From the NCBI GenBank assembly GCA_050084515.1, contig CM114271.1:31496001-31560000 (forward strand): a DNA stretch of 64,000 bases, read 5' to 3'. A program made the translations under genes and the position numbers. The notes below the pieces were generated by a model. The model ran no database searches. It saw only the letters and a program-made list of their open reading frames with translations, and was not told where the DNA came from. This DNA is from Blasia pusilla (lineage: Eukaryota). Below, in pieces: positions 53,380 through 64,000 of this stretch; position 1 is the stretch's first letter, and each line of letters begins with the position of its first letter.

Positions 53380-55797
53380 GTACTCACTACACCCAAGGAT
53401 GTCTGTATCCACAATGGACAACGCTCCACATCGGCTCTCGTCAAGCTCAATCCTCTGAATGACGCTTTCCCCAACATCAAGGGTCCAACAAGACGCGCTG
53501 CGAACTAAAAGCTCTACCTTCTAGACTCACCAACTGGAAAACCTATCCCCAGTTATCCAGTAACACAACACGAGGAGAAGCCATGGTACGCTCTATCGTG
53601 GGTCTAGCAGACATCTCCACCATCCTAACAGCCGCAGCCTGCCATGAATCTGACGTGGACGGCCTGAGCATCCGCTCCAAGGGCAGGTCCATCACCTCCT
53701 CTGCAATCACCTATGAACGTGATGCAAGAACTCCAACTTCACGCTCACATAGCATAGCGTCCAGCCGAAACACCTTAGCGGGCGTACCTCCCAATGTCAT
53801 AACATCAGAAGCAAAAAATAGCGGAGCACGGTACACCATTGTGGCCGCCCCCAACATCATATTCGACACATGCTCCTCCTGAGCATCAACAATAGGAGTC
53901 ATCGCACTCATTTATTCCATTCTCCTCCGTGCCTGCACACCAATAACATCATAAACTCTTCGGGAACTCTGATCAAGACCCGTCGATGGGGTCCTCATCG
54001 CCTCGGACAATGTCAAAGACTGAGGAAGCCTAGACTATTTCTTAGCTTCCCCTCGTTGTGGATCCAACTATGCCACTGCTCCATGCGTCACAACAGCGGG
54101 GGCCTCCATCTGGACAACCCCGCACATCCAACTAAGATCCTCCATATCTCTGGCTGCTCCATATGATGTCGATGCCACGGATCCGGCATCGGGTAATCTC
54201 AATGCCATAGTTGCAATCTGATCTTGTAGCTGCTGTATTTGAGCAGCCATCCCAGCCTCACGCCCGGAATCTCCCTCGATGCGTCTAGGGATTGGAACTC
54301 TACCTCCTCCACGGGCAGCTCCACCACCCTGTCGGGCAGCTCTAGCTCCTTGCCCCCCAATAGAACCACTTGGTGCACGATCTCTAGGCCCACCCCAACC
54401 GGCTAGTCGCTCTGGTGCCCTCTCTGGCCCTCGGTCCGGAGTAACTCAGGGTGTAAGCTGAAACACCTCGCGCATGTATGACCATACCTTTGATAATAGT
54501 CACATTGATAACCTCTTGGTGCAGCACCATCTCCTCCTCCATGCTGAGGCACACGTCCATGACCCTGACGAGTGCAATCACATAGATTATGGGTTCCATC
54601 ACATGACCAACAAGTAATCATAGGCGGCTGCTGCTGAGCTGCATATGAAGACACAAGTCTTTGTGGCACGGCCTCTTGGTATCCTCCCTGAGCTCGTGGT
54701 GCCACATTCAACCTATCTCGGAGTCCACGTTGCTACACTCGTGGTGCAGACACGATTGTCTGCACCACCAGTGCAGCAACCCGATAGTGATCCACCGTAC
54801 ATATTGATTGGTCCTATCACTTGGGCGTACGAGATGGACGACCGGGCTAGAGGACTGCGTAGGTTTTTGGGTGCTCTAGGCACTATAGAGCTACATGACT
54901 TCATTTCCGAGTTTAGGAGTTGGTGTGACTCACAGCGGGCTAGGAAATGTAGAGAGTTCAACCCGTTTACAACATGGAACGGTATGTTCCAGCATGTAGA
55001 GGGGGCGCCCATGGACGATTACCATAAGTTCTCCCACAGATATGCCCAAGAGATTGAGGCATGGCGACTCTACTATGACCCACACTATATGTCATGGACG
55101 GAGCCGTTCCTTGATGAGGAGGTGGAGTCAGGAGAGGCTACTTCCTCTTCCACTAGTGATGTTTTAGGAGGGGTCACTCGCACTGGAGCAATTGCACCAT
55201 CTGGTCGGGTTTGTCCCAGGTTCAACCCCGTGGTTGATTTCTTCTTCCAGGAGAGGAAGTAGCCTCTCCTGACTCCTCCTCCTCATCAAGGAACGGCTCC
55301 GTCCATGACATATAGTGTGGGTCATAGTAGAGTCGCCATGCCTCAATCTCTTGGGCATATCTGTGGGAGAACTTATGGTAATCGTCCATGGGCGCCCCCT
55401 CTACATGCTGGAACATACCGTTCCATGTTGTAAACGGGTTGAACTCTCTACATTTCCTAGCCCGCTGTGAGTCACACCAACTCCTAAACTCGGAAATGAA
55501 GTCATGTAGCTCTATAGTGCCTAGAGCACCCAAAAACCTACGCAGTCCTCTAGCCCGGTCGTCCATCTCGTACGCCCAAGTGATAGGACCACTCAATATG
55601 TACGGTGGATCACTACCACACTCCTCTACACGCTCCCCCTGGTCTAAAGACGACATAGAAGGAGATGAAGGTGGTCTCTCACGTGGATACCTTCGAAACC
55701 TCGTACCACTCCTGGTAAACCCTCCAAAGCTACTCTCAGGTCCACTATCTCGCCTCTCAAAATCCCGAAAGGACGCCGTGATGGGCCTCGTGCCCAT
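53380..55797 (-). pseudogene. Gag and protease region of copy B (rearranged)
   Basis: ORF 55222..55797 is gag N-terminus-like; knuckles CWSCDGTHNLCDC and CDYYQRYGHTCARC (54403..54711); protease region has a small deletion at the active-site motif. Confidence 0.7.
54785..55615. repeat. 364-bp inverted duplication within gag of copy B (103-bp spacer)
   Basis: 54785-55148 is the reverse complement of 55252-55615. ORFs 54645..55262(+) and 55222..55797(-) share a ~120-aa stretch with 2 differences. Confidence 0.95.
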
Positions 55798-57499
55798 CTC
55801 ACATGATCACTCTCAATCTCGAAAGTAATCCCTCAATCACTAAAACTAAATTTGCGGCACTCAATTTACACTCTCTTACCGAGACATGTGCTGTGCGGCA
55901 ACAAGCGGCGTGGTGTGGCAATCGGCTATCATCCTATCATCTCATGAAAAAGACATACCCTCAACTCTGGACATCCCACACAAATCTATGTCCCCTTAAT
56001 CCATACATCAATGATGCTCTAAGCATCTGCACGAAACCCAATATCCTCAAATAACTGCCAAATACCCGTAATTCCCTCACACTTGCAGGGTAAGAGACCA
56101 GAATGGGTAACCTGACAATAATGTGGATGTCGCTCCTCAAAAACTACAATCTCTACCCCAACTCGGTCGCGAAAACAACTCCTCCAATCAGCAAGTCGTA
56201 CTTCTCTCGTACTGAGACTCCTCAAACCTCCTCGATGCGCGGTGCAGGTCTAGCGGTCCGGTGCGGCACTGGCGGCACGGAATGGCTATAAACGGCACGG
56301 CACTCGGGAATGGGGTGCGGAACTCGGCAACATGCCCTCCTCAATCAGAAATTCACACGCCCTGCTCCTAAGTGAAGGAACGGCTCCGCGATCGAGATGG
56401 TGCGGTGCGGCAATCAGCGGCACATTGCGGCTACGGATGTCACGACAGAGTACTCGATCGTCGTCGAGCGGCTACCAATCACAACATATTAGCATGAAAT
56501 GAAAACTCAAACACCATAACCCGAGGTCACCTATCATCAGTGGTTGATGACGAAAATTTGATGACGGTGGCGGCCAAAAAATATGAGGTGGTGGTGCAAG
56601 TCAGAGAATTAACAGTTGTCGTGGAAGATCCTCCACTCTGTAATGGCGGCAATGGCAACCAAGGGTGGACAACGGCCGAACCTGGCTTTGAGTAGTGTTA
56701 GGCACCGGCGGTAGCCGATAGTGGACGGTGGACGGTGGACCGTTGATGTTTACTATGAAGGCGATGGCCGGCGGCGGCTTGGCGGGTGGTTTAGGGTTTG
56801 AACAATTTAACCCTAAAAATCGCTTAGCAATGGCAGTTTTTCAAGATTGACTATAAATTTTTGCTCGCAACTCCAAATTGTGCAGCGTCTATTGCACAAG
56901 GTGCAAAATTTGACGATCTACGACAATATCAAAAAATATTTTAAATTGGACATTCCAATAAAAACTGACAGGGATTGTCGTAAAGCCCAACGTCTCTTTC
57001 TCATACATAAAATCGTTGGAAGAAATTAGCGCGGAAGCGCTGATTTCTCCCAAAAAAAGTCTAAAACCTATGGGAGCAAATCAGCAAGCTACATGGTGCT
57101 CCCGAAAGCATCGGCATAGAGCAATCCGCCCCCATACTCAATTCCTATAAAAAATTGGGCAGCGCTTCCGCGTGCCACTCTCATGTACAAAAAATCAGCA
57201 AAACAAAACAACAAACTGGCTCGGTTCTTGCTCTGGTGAGCACTCCCATGAACCATGAAGCGGTAAACACGGTCCCCCAACCTGCACCAAACATCGAGCA
57301 ACCAGCGAGCTCCCCCATGAAGCTCTCTCACTCACTCATTCTCTCTTTGTAAAATAGATCCAATCTCTCTCATGTCACATCTGAGTAGCCGATAGGCCGA
57401 GATCTATCGTGGATAGGGCGTAGGAGCCAGCGGACTATCTTGAGTGTAACTTTGTCCCACAGTGTCGGATGAGGTTGAGGATAGGTCCATTGTGTCAAG

Positions 57500-57871
57500 A
57501 ACGTCGTTTCAGACGACTTTCATATTGAGGTCTTTTACAGCCGGGTGACTTGTTGACCAAGTCACCTGCCCTTGGTAACCTATGCGCGCAGTTACCAAGG
57601 GAAGGGCTATTCTTAGGGTAAGAGCCTTTTGGCTCTTCCCAACCTATATAAGAGAGGAAGATGGCTTTCCTAAGCCATCTTTCTCATGTTGGGCCGTTGG
57701 AGCACCTCCCTTGTATGTGTGTGAGCTAGGATTAGGGTGCTAGCGTCTGGATTCCTTGATAGCACAGGGTGGACGAGGCTCGATATGCTGATGTAGATTG
57801 AGGAGTGGAGTTTTAGGCCGGGTGTGCCGTTTTTACTATTCTTTATTTCTAGGTCAGGTGACGGTCGGATG
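57500..57871 (+). promoter_or_regulatory. Structured leader of copy C: four hairpins, TATA box, candidate leader intron and ATG
   Basis: Hairpins 57544-57566, 57569-57601, 57620-57637, 57658-57681; TATATAA 57645-57651; polypyrimidine tract plus AG at 57851-57852; in-frame ATG at 57869. Confidence 0.5.
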
Positions 57872-58249
57872 AGTCAGTTATCCGTGCAGTTTGCGGGACG
57901 AGGTGGTCGATCACGAGGCGAGTCTGTGACCACGTTGGCGGCTTTCACAGGTAGTGTTAGCTGGCCAGGAGAGTTGTTGGAGGGGAACGCACATGCGGAG
58001 GATGTCCCAGTAGCGGATAGTCCCACGGAGAGACAGGCCATGGCGGGTGTCTCTTCCCATGTTAGCGATGCCTCTTCACCATTATGGGGTACGACTCGAG
58101 AGCTACAGAGAAGTGCCGACGACCTCGTGAGGCAGGCGTGGAGTCATGTTTTTATCCCAGAGCAGCGAGAGTCACGTGGCGATCGGGCTCTTGGAATGGA
58201 GACGATGACTCCACTAGATATCACACCTGTTGTGTGGCAGTTCCCAGAG

Positions 58250-59200
58250 GAGGGTGTTAGATCTCTTCGGAGGGATTAGCACCGGATTGGCGGCCATATT
58301 GCAGGCGGGCATACGGGTGCATCAGTACCTTTATGTGGAGAGAGATGAGACCCAAGCAGTATCATTACGTCACGTGGCGAGATTGGTCCGAGGTATCCTG
58401 AGTTGTTGTTGGTATCTGCGAAGACGGGATACCAAAGATACACTACCCGCCGACATATCTTTGGTGGGGCGCAGGATCTGGATAGAGTTGGCACCATTCA
58501 TTTGGTGATTGCTTTGGATGGCCATGTCGGGTCATTCATCGGTGGCCGAGGATTTGGATTGCAGGATCCGAGGTCGGGATGTTTTGGGAGATCTTTGCGA
58601 GTAGTACGACACTTGCAGGAGAGTCGATATATTCTCCAAAGATACATTTTGGAGAACGTGCCGTTGTTGGGCGATACTCGTGCACGTGTGATGACGAGTG
58701 TACATCGGTGAGTCTGGTTGGGGGACCATTTGTGTTGTTAGATGCAGCGAGAGTTGGGTCACGTGCCCATCGCCCACGCATCGTGGTGGACAAACCTGAT
58801 GCCATCAGAAGTACCGAGTCGAGCCTATAGTGGAGTTCAGAGAGCACCACATCTCACAGTGGATGCTATTTTGGACTCAGGGCGTCGATCTCAGGTGGTG
58901 ACACGCGATGATAGACCACCGTTGGCCACGGCCAATAGGGTGGGGAGTTGAGGGAAGCCTTACCACGTTGGTGAGCTTCCCAAAGATCCCATGCCTTTCG
59001 CCGGGAGGGCAGGCATGATTTGGGATGAGGTGACCGGAGTATTGGAGGAGCCTACAGTAGATGAGCGCGAGCGCGCCATGGGGTTCACTACCGGTACTAC
59101 GGCGGTGCCAGGGATAATTGAGGCATCACAGAGATAGGTGTTGGGGCAGGCGATGGACCTCAACTGTCTCACATGGATAGTCAGCCTAGGTATGGCTGAG
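58250..59200 (+). pseudogene. DNMT3-like methyltransferase domain of copy C
   Basis: Motif I RVLDLFGG (ORF 58230..58508), GGATGGCCATGT (GWPC) at ~58516, ILENV (ORF 58403..58711), AHRPR/WWTNL, ERERAMGF...LGQAMDL. Confidence 0.88.
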
Positions 59201-62200
59201 CAGAGACGGATGCGAGTGTCATCCATGCCGTCACGTCCACGAGTTGGACCACCGCCTCTGTGGTCAGATAGGCATTGGCTAGGGGCGAGACGAGGAGAGA
59301 TAGGCACCCATGGACTTCCTGGGACGTCGTTCGAGCAGAGAGTGCGAAGGCGGCTAGAGTAGCACATGTTCATTTTTCGGATGTGGAGCATGGTGTAGGA
59401 GGTCGAGTGGAGTGGTGTTATGAGGTGGCTAGGGTTGCTACATAGCAACCAAAGCCGGAGGTTGCGTCCTCTCCGAGTGAGGTCACGATGGAGACTTGGG
59501 AGCCTGTGATAGGTCTCAAGTTGATAGGAGGAGAGCGACGGCGAGTTCATAGGTTTCTGAGAGGGCATGTTAGTTGTTTTGCCTTCAAGATGAGAGACTT
59601 GGACGCACGCTGAAGGGTCTCGGATACTAATTGAGTTGGCTAGTGATACGCCGATCTTTTCGTCGACCCTACTGGTATTCTCATATGGAGCGAGCCTTGA
59701 TTCGGAGCAGGAGTCAAGACTTGTTGGAGGCAGGACTTGTGGAGTTATCACATGGGGAGTATGCATCTGCCACAGTCATGCCGGCAAAGAAGGATATGTA
59801 TGGCAATTGGATGGATAGGCGGATGTGTGGAGATTACCGTCCTATCAACCGATAGACGAGGTCGATCGGTATGCCATGCCTACTCTCGAGGAGATCTTTG
59901 ATGCGGTAGGGCATGCAAAGATCTTGAGACTTTAGATCTCCCGTCTTTGGCTATCATCGCCTTCCTATCAGGTTGGAGGATGGGAGAAGACAACATTCGG
60001 GGATAGATCGGTTCTCGAGAGATTGCTTGTATCGATGGCGGTTCTTACCATTTGGGTTGAAGAACGCTGCATGGAGTTTCGTAGAGATCGATGGATAGGA
60101 TTCAGGTGGCTTGGATTTTGTACGATGTTATATAGATGATATTCTTATCTTGATTCCACGGTTGAGGAGCATGAGCGACACTTGAGGAGGTGTTTCGGCG
60201 ATTGCAGTTACATGGACTGAAGTTACATCCAGCAAGTGCAGATTCTTTCAGAGCAGATTGAGTACTTGGGACACACCATATACCCGAGTGGGTTAGGCGT
60301 TCAGACGAAGGTAGAGGCTATTTGCAGATTCCACGCCCTCTGGATGTGAGTCGAGTCCGAGCATTTCTTGGATCGTAACTTCTATCGACGGTATGTCAAG
60401 GGTTTTAGTGCGATCGCAAAGTCTTTGACCTTGTTGACGAGACTTGATCAGGTGTGGTTGTGGGGAGATGATCAGGAGCGAGCATTTCAGGAGCTCAAGG
60501 ACATGTTGACGTCCTCACCCATTTTACAGAGACCGGTTAGGGGTCGCCCATTCCAGTTACATACGGATTGGAGCATGTTGGGTCTAGGAGCAGTGCTTAC
60601 TCAGAGGGATGACGAGGAGAGGGAGTTCGTTGTGGCTTACGCGAGTCGATCGAACAACATTGCAGAGGCAAAGTACAGCTCCTACGAGGGAGAGTGCTTG
60701 GCTGCAGTGTGGGCCGTGGCACATTTTAGGTGCTATTTATTTGGCAACCCTTTCACACTTATCACTGATCATCAGCCGTTGAAGTGGTTGATGGAGTCCG
60801 ACAAGCTTACGGGAAAGCTTGCCAAGTGGGCTCTATTACTACAGGAGTATGAGTTTGAGGTGGTTCATAGGCCAGGTTGGCTGAACCAAGATGCGGATGG
60901 GTTGAGTCGTAACCCATGTCCGAGTCAGAGAGACGTCACGGGAGCTCGATGGCACGGAGAGAGTGATGAGGAGATGGTGCCCGGTTGGCATGCATCTGCC
61001 TATCTTTGTTGGTTGACTATGGCAGGTCAGCCACAGATGATGACTCCAGTGGTGGGATTGGATGATGAGTCTTTGGATCCGGAGGTTAGTGAGGAGGCGA
61101 CAGGTGGTCGTGATATCCATGACGACGTGGAGGTTGTGGACTTCTTGCGCACTGGCGTCATTGCGAGTACAGTGAGTGCTAGGGAGCGGGATCGGATCCT
61201 ACAGAGAGCCAAGAGGTTCAGGTGGGAGGGGACTCACATTTTGCGGGTATGGGGAGATGGTAGGATACGAGTGGTACCTCATCCTTCCCAGCGAGCACGT
61301 GTAGTGCGACATGCCCATGAGGAGTTGGGACATTTCGAGTAAAGCGCATTTACGAGCCTTACTCTAGGTTCAGTATTGGTGGCGCGGCATGCATACTGGG
61401 GTACAGCAGTTTGTGGCCAGATGTATGGTATGTGACAGAGTGCGAGCATCCTTCAATGCTCCCACTCCGCAGTTACATCCTTTGCCGATTATGGGTTTAG
61501 GTTATCGGTGGAGTTTAGACTTTGCGGGACCTTTGCCATTGACAGGGCGTCATCATAGGTACGTGTTGGTCATGGTGGAGCATTTCTCCAAGTGGATAGA
61601 GTTGGTGGCACTACCAGACAAGGCGAGCGAGGGAACAACTTATGCGTTTCTAGATCGTGTGCTTAGTCACTTTGGTGCACCGGCGGAGGTGTTGACCACT
61701 GTGGTACCGAGTTCAGGGGAGAGTTTCAGGCTTTGTGTGATCAGGCGTTGATAGATCACCGCACCACGTCCAGGGATCATCCTGAGGCGGATGGATTGGC
61801 GGAGAGAGTGGTACAGACGGTGAAGAGAGGATTGCGCAAGTATGGCTTGCAGCGGGGACAGTTGAGGGAGTGGGACCTACAGTTGCCATGGTTGGCTATG
61901 GATTATCGCTTTAGTCGGAAGGCATCCTTGGCGTCATTTTCACCGTACTTTTTGCTCTTTGGGAGAGAGCCAGATTTACCTGCAGCGATTCGACATGACA
62001 TGGCGGAGGTGTTAGATCTTGATGATCCAGATGTGTGGGTGCAAGCATGTTCTCAGAGGGCAGAAGTTTTTTGTAGAGTTATGCCTATGGCCTTTGAGAA
62101 CTTAGCTATTGCCCAGCATAGAGATACATTGAGGTACGCGACCATAAGTGGAGGAGGTTATCGTCCAGGGATTAAGAGGTTTCATCCTGGAGATTACGTG

Positions 62201-62413
62201 TATTTACAGCAAGCGGCACCCACGACGCTAGATGTCACTGCAGGGCGCACTATCCTACGTGTGCGCGAGGTATTATGGACCGGAGTCCTCATGTTGGAGG
62301 GACGAGATGGTATGGTTTGGAAGGATCATGTGCGCAATTGTGCACCATGTCATCTTCCGAACGTAGATGGGACGGTGGATCCAAGCTTGGCAGTGGTACC
62401 TGCAGGCTTGAGG

Positions 62414-62551
62414 TGTATGTTGTGCGGATCTGCGAGGGGTGCAGCCACCATGTTGGTATGTGATGGTTGTTCTCGAGGGTGGCATATGTCATGTCTGACC
62501 CCCCCTCTTGATGTGGTTCCCACGGGACGATGGATGTGTCCGAGATGTGTA
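62414..62551 (+). other. PHD finger (C4HC3) fused to the integrase C-terminus
   Basis: CMLCGSARGAATMLVCDGCSRGWHMSCLTPPLDVVPTGRWMCPRC; all eight ligands present and in frame with the integrase core (ORF 61733..62554). Confidence 0.95.
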
Positions 62552-63266
62552 TAGGGTAGTAGGTCATGTCAGAGAGATGTGATATTTTCTATCTGGAGTT
62601 AGGGGGATCCACCTGCCAGCTAGGGGGGCGGTTGTGTGATCTCCATGTATATGTATGAGTTCATTTTTGTACATGTGTGGATCGACCTGTGTGTGGGGAA
62701 GATCAGTGTTGTGTGGTGTAGATGTGACGAGCGATGTATGTTGTGTAGCGATATGTATGCGCACGACACTCACAACACCATAGTTCTCACATGTGTGCAC
62801 TCTCACATGTCTCTCTCAATGTCAAACCAAACCCACTCTCCTAATGAGAGGCTTGGGTTACACACACAAGGCAAGCAAGACCATAGCTCCGCCGCCTCAT
62901 GCCAAGAGGTTCAACAAAGAGAGAATGAGCTCTCAAGCTCTCTCTCCTTGAGGTATACCCCTCCCCTCTCTCAAGCTCTCTCCATCGTAACCTATGCTCC
63001 CAAGTCACCTCCTTGGCTCTTGACATGATGTAGGAGGTCAAGGGACACTTACCAAAATTAGAAAGTTGATCATACACTTAAAATGATATTTATCTTAAAT
63101 AGTAAGTTCCTCTATATGGCTCCAAATGAGTCGAAACGAAGGGAAAACGTGCTCTCTCAAGTTTCCCGGGGCCTCAGTAGGTCATCCTCAACCTCCCGAG
63201 TCTGTCCTCCACTACTCACAAAGACGCTCTACAAGATCTCACCGATCTATCTTAAAAGACGTAACG

Positions 63267-64000
63267 GCTCATTCTCTCTTTGTTGAACCTCTTAGCATAA
63301 GGAGGCGGAGCTATGGTCCTCCTTGCCTTATGTGTGGAATCCAAGCCTCTCATTAAGAGAGTGGGTTTGGTTTGACACGAGAGAGAGTGCACACCATGGA
63401 GAGCTTGGTATGAGAGCTTGTTGGTGTTGATGAGAGATTCCACTGAGAAAATGAGTGAGTGAGAGAGCTTCAATGGAGGAGCTCGCTAGTCACTCGCTAT
63501 TGGTGCACGTTGGGGACCATGTTCCCCACTCAGCGGCTCAAGGGAGTGCTCATTGGAGCAAGAGCCGCTCGATCTTGCTGTTTTCATCGCCAATTTTTCG
63601 TGTGAGAGAGTGGCACGCGGAAGCGTTGCAAAAATTTGGTTGGCAATTGAGTATGGGGGCGGTTTTCCCCACGCTCTTGGGAGCACCTTGTAGCTTGGTG
63701 GTTGTTGTGTTTATAGGTTTGCAATTTCTGTTGGGAGAAATCAGGGCGGAAGCGCTGCCAAATTTCTTGTAGGATAGCAGATATATTAAAGGGCTCTACC
63801 ATACTCCTTGTCAATTTTTATTGGAAGGTCCGATTGAAAAGAAATTTTGGATGTTTTCGTAGATCGTAAAGCTGTGCAGTGCACGCTGTGCAATTTGGAG
63901 CTATGAGCAAAAAGTTATGACCAATTTTGCAAACTGCCAATTTTTAGGGTAAAAATTGTCAAACGCTATACCAGCTGTTGCCGTCACTGTCATCGCCGTC
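63267..64000 (+). mobile_element. Copy D continued (5' leader; runs off the right edge)
   Basis: Reverse complement of copy A ~5920 back to ~5150; resumes where 48418 stopped. Confidence 0.85.

Larger units (their letters stand above)
57869..62554 (+). pseudogene. Pol polyprotein of copy C: DNMT3-RT-RNase H-integrase-SH3-like-PHD (multiple frameshifts)
   Basis: RVLDLFGGISTG, ILENV, SRAHRPR, WWTNL, LGQAMDL; CGDYRPINR, YIDDI; LHTDWS; HAHEELGH...CMVC, DFAGPLP, ADGLAER; RFHPGDYVYL; PHD at the end. Confidence 0.92.
57373..62768 (+). mobile_element. Copy C: gag/protease-less DNMT3-RT-RH-IN-PHD element nested in copy B
   Basis: TGTC...GACA termini; CTCA duplicated at 57369-57372 and 62769-62772. 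Removing it restores CCAATCTCTCTCACAACACC as in copy A (5752-5771). Confidence 0.93.
48419..63266 (-). mobile_element. Copy B: near-complete Gypsy-like DNMT3/PHD retroelement (~9.4 kb excluding nested copy C)
   Basis: The 3' end (48419 TGTCATGCACATACACATCGCTACACAACATACATC) matches the 3' end of C; the 5' end (AAAAGACGTAACG, 63266) matches the A terminus. Order on minus strand: gag, PR, DNMT3, RT, RNase H, IN, PHD. Confidence 0.9.

Noticed and set aside
56458-56477. TGGTAGCCGCTCG on the minus strand as a primer-binding site (also near 4850-4864 in A)
   Set aside because: It does not match the plant initiator-Met PBS (TGGTATCAGAGC) and is not preceded by a CA LTR end; a tRNA 3'-end search is needed to exclude it fully.
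58250-60370. Programmed frameshifting in copy C pol
   Set aside because: Numerous scattered small deletions look like decay or long-read consensus error; polishing with accurate reads is needed, and C may be more intact than it appears.
62769-63266. Reading this segment as the 3' LTR of copy C, or as a DIRS-like inverted LTR
   Set aside because: It is the displaced 5' end of copy B: the CTCA TSD and the uninterrupted sequence in copy A show C inserted here, and B's 3' end abuts the homologous segment at a different position. No tyrosine recombinase is visible.

Overview
Eukaryotic, transposon-dense plant DNA; an early-diverging land plant such as a bryophyte is inferred, not proven. The only clearly intact host gene is a 9-exon 20S proteasome alpha-6 subunit gene (PAA1, 13263-17786, +). 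The main signal is a family of Ty3/Gypsy-like retroelements (four copies, A-D) whose pol polyprotein carries a DNMT3-type cytosine methyltransferase between protease and reverse transcriptase and a PHD finger at the integrase C-terminus. The two copies with both ends visible (B, C) have no long terminal direct repeats: they have dissimilar 5' and 3' terminal segments, short TGT..ACA-type ends and, for C, a 4-bp target-site duplication. Copies D, B and C are nested, each inserted in antisense orientation into the first ~500 bp of the previous copy. A 15.2-kb Mutator-like element (30023-45207, TIRs, 9-bp TSD) carries a transposase, an unassigned accessory gene, dense TAGCCGCC motif arrays and a captured intron-containing fragment of an RNA polymerase IV/V second-subunit gene. 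Also present are a second MULE transposase relic, Helitron remnants, a CRE-like non-LTR relic and several perfect hairpins. All domain calls are by-eye motif recognition; no database searches were run.
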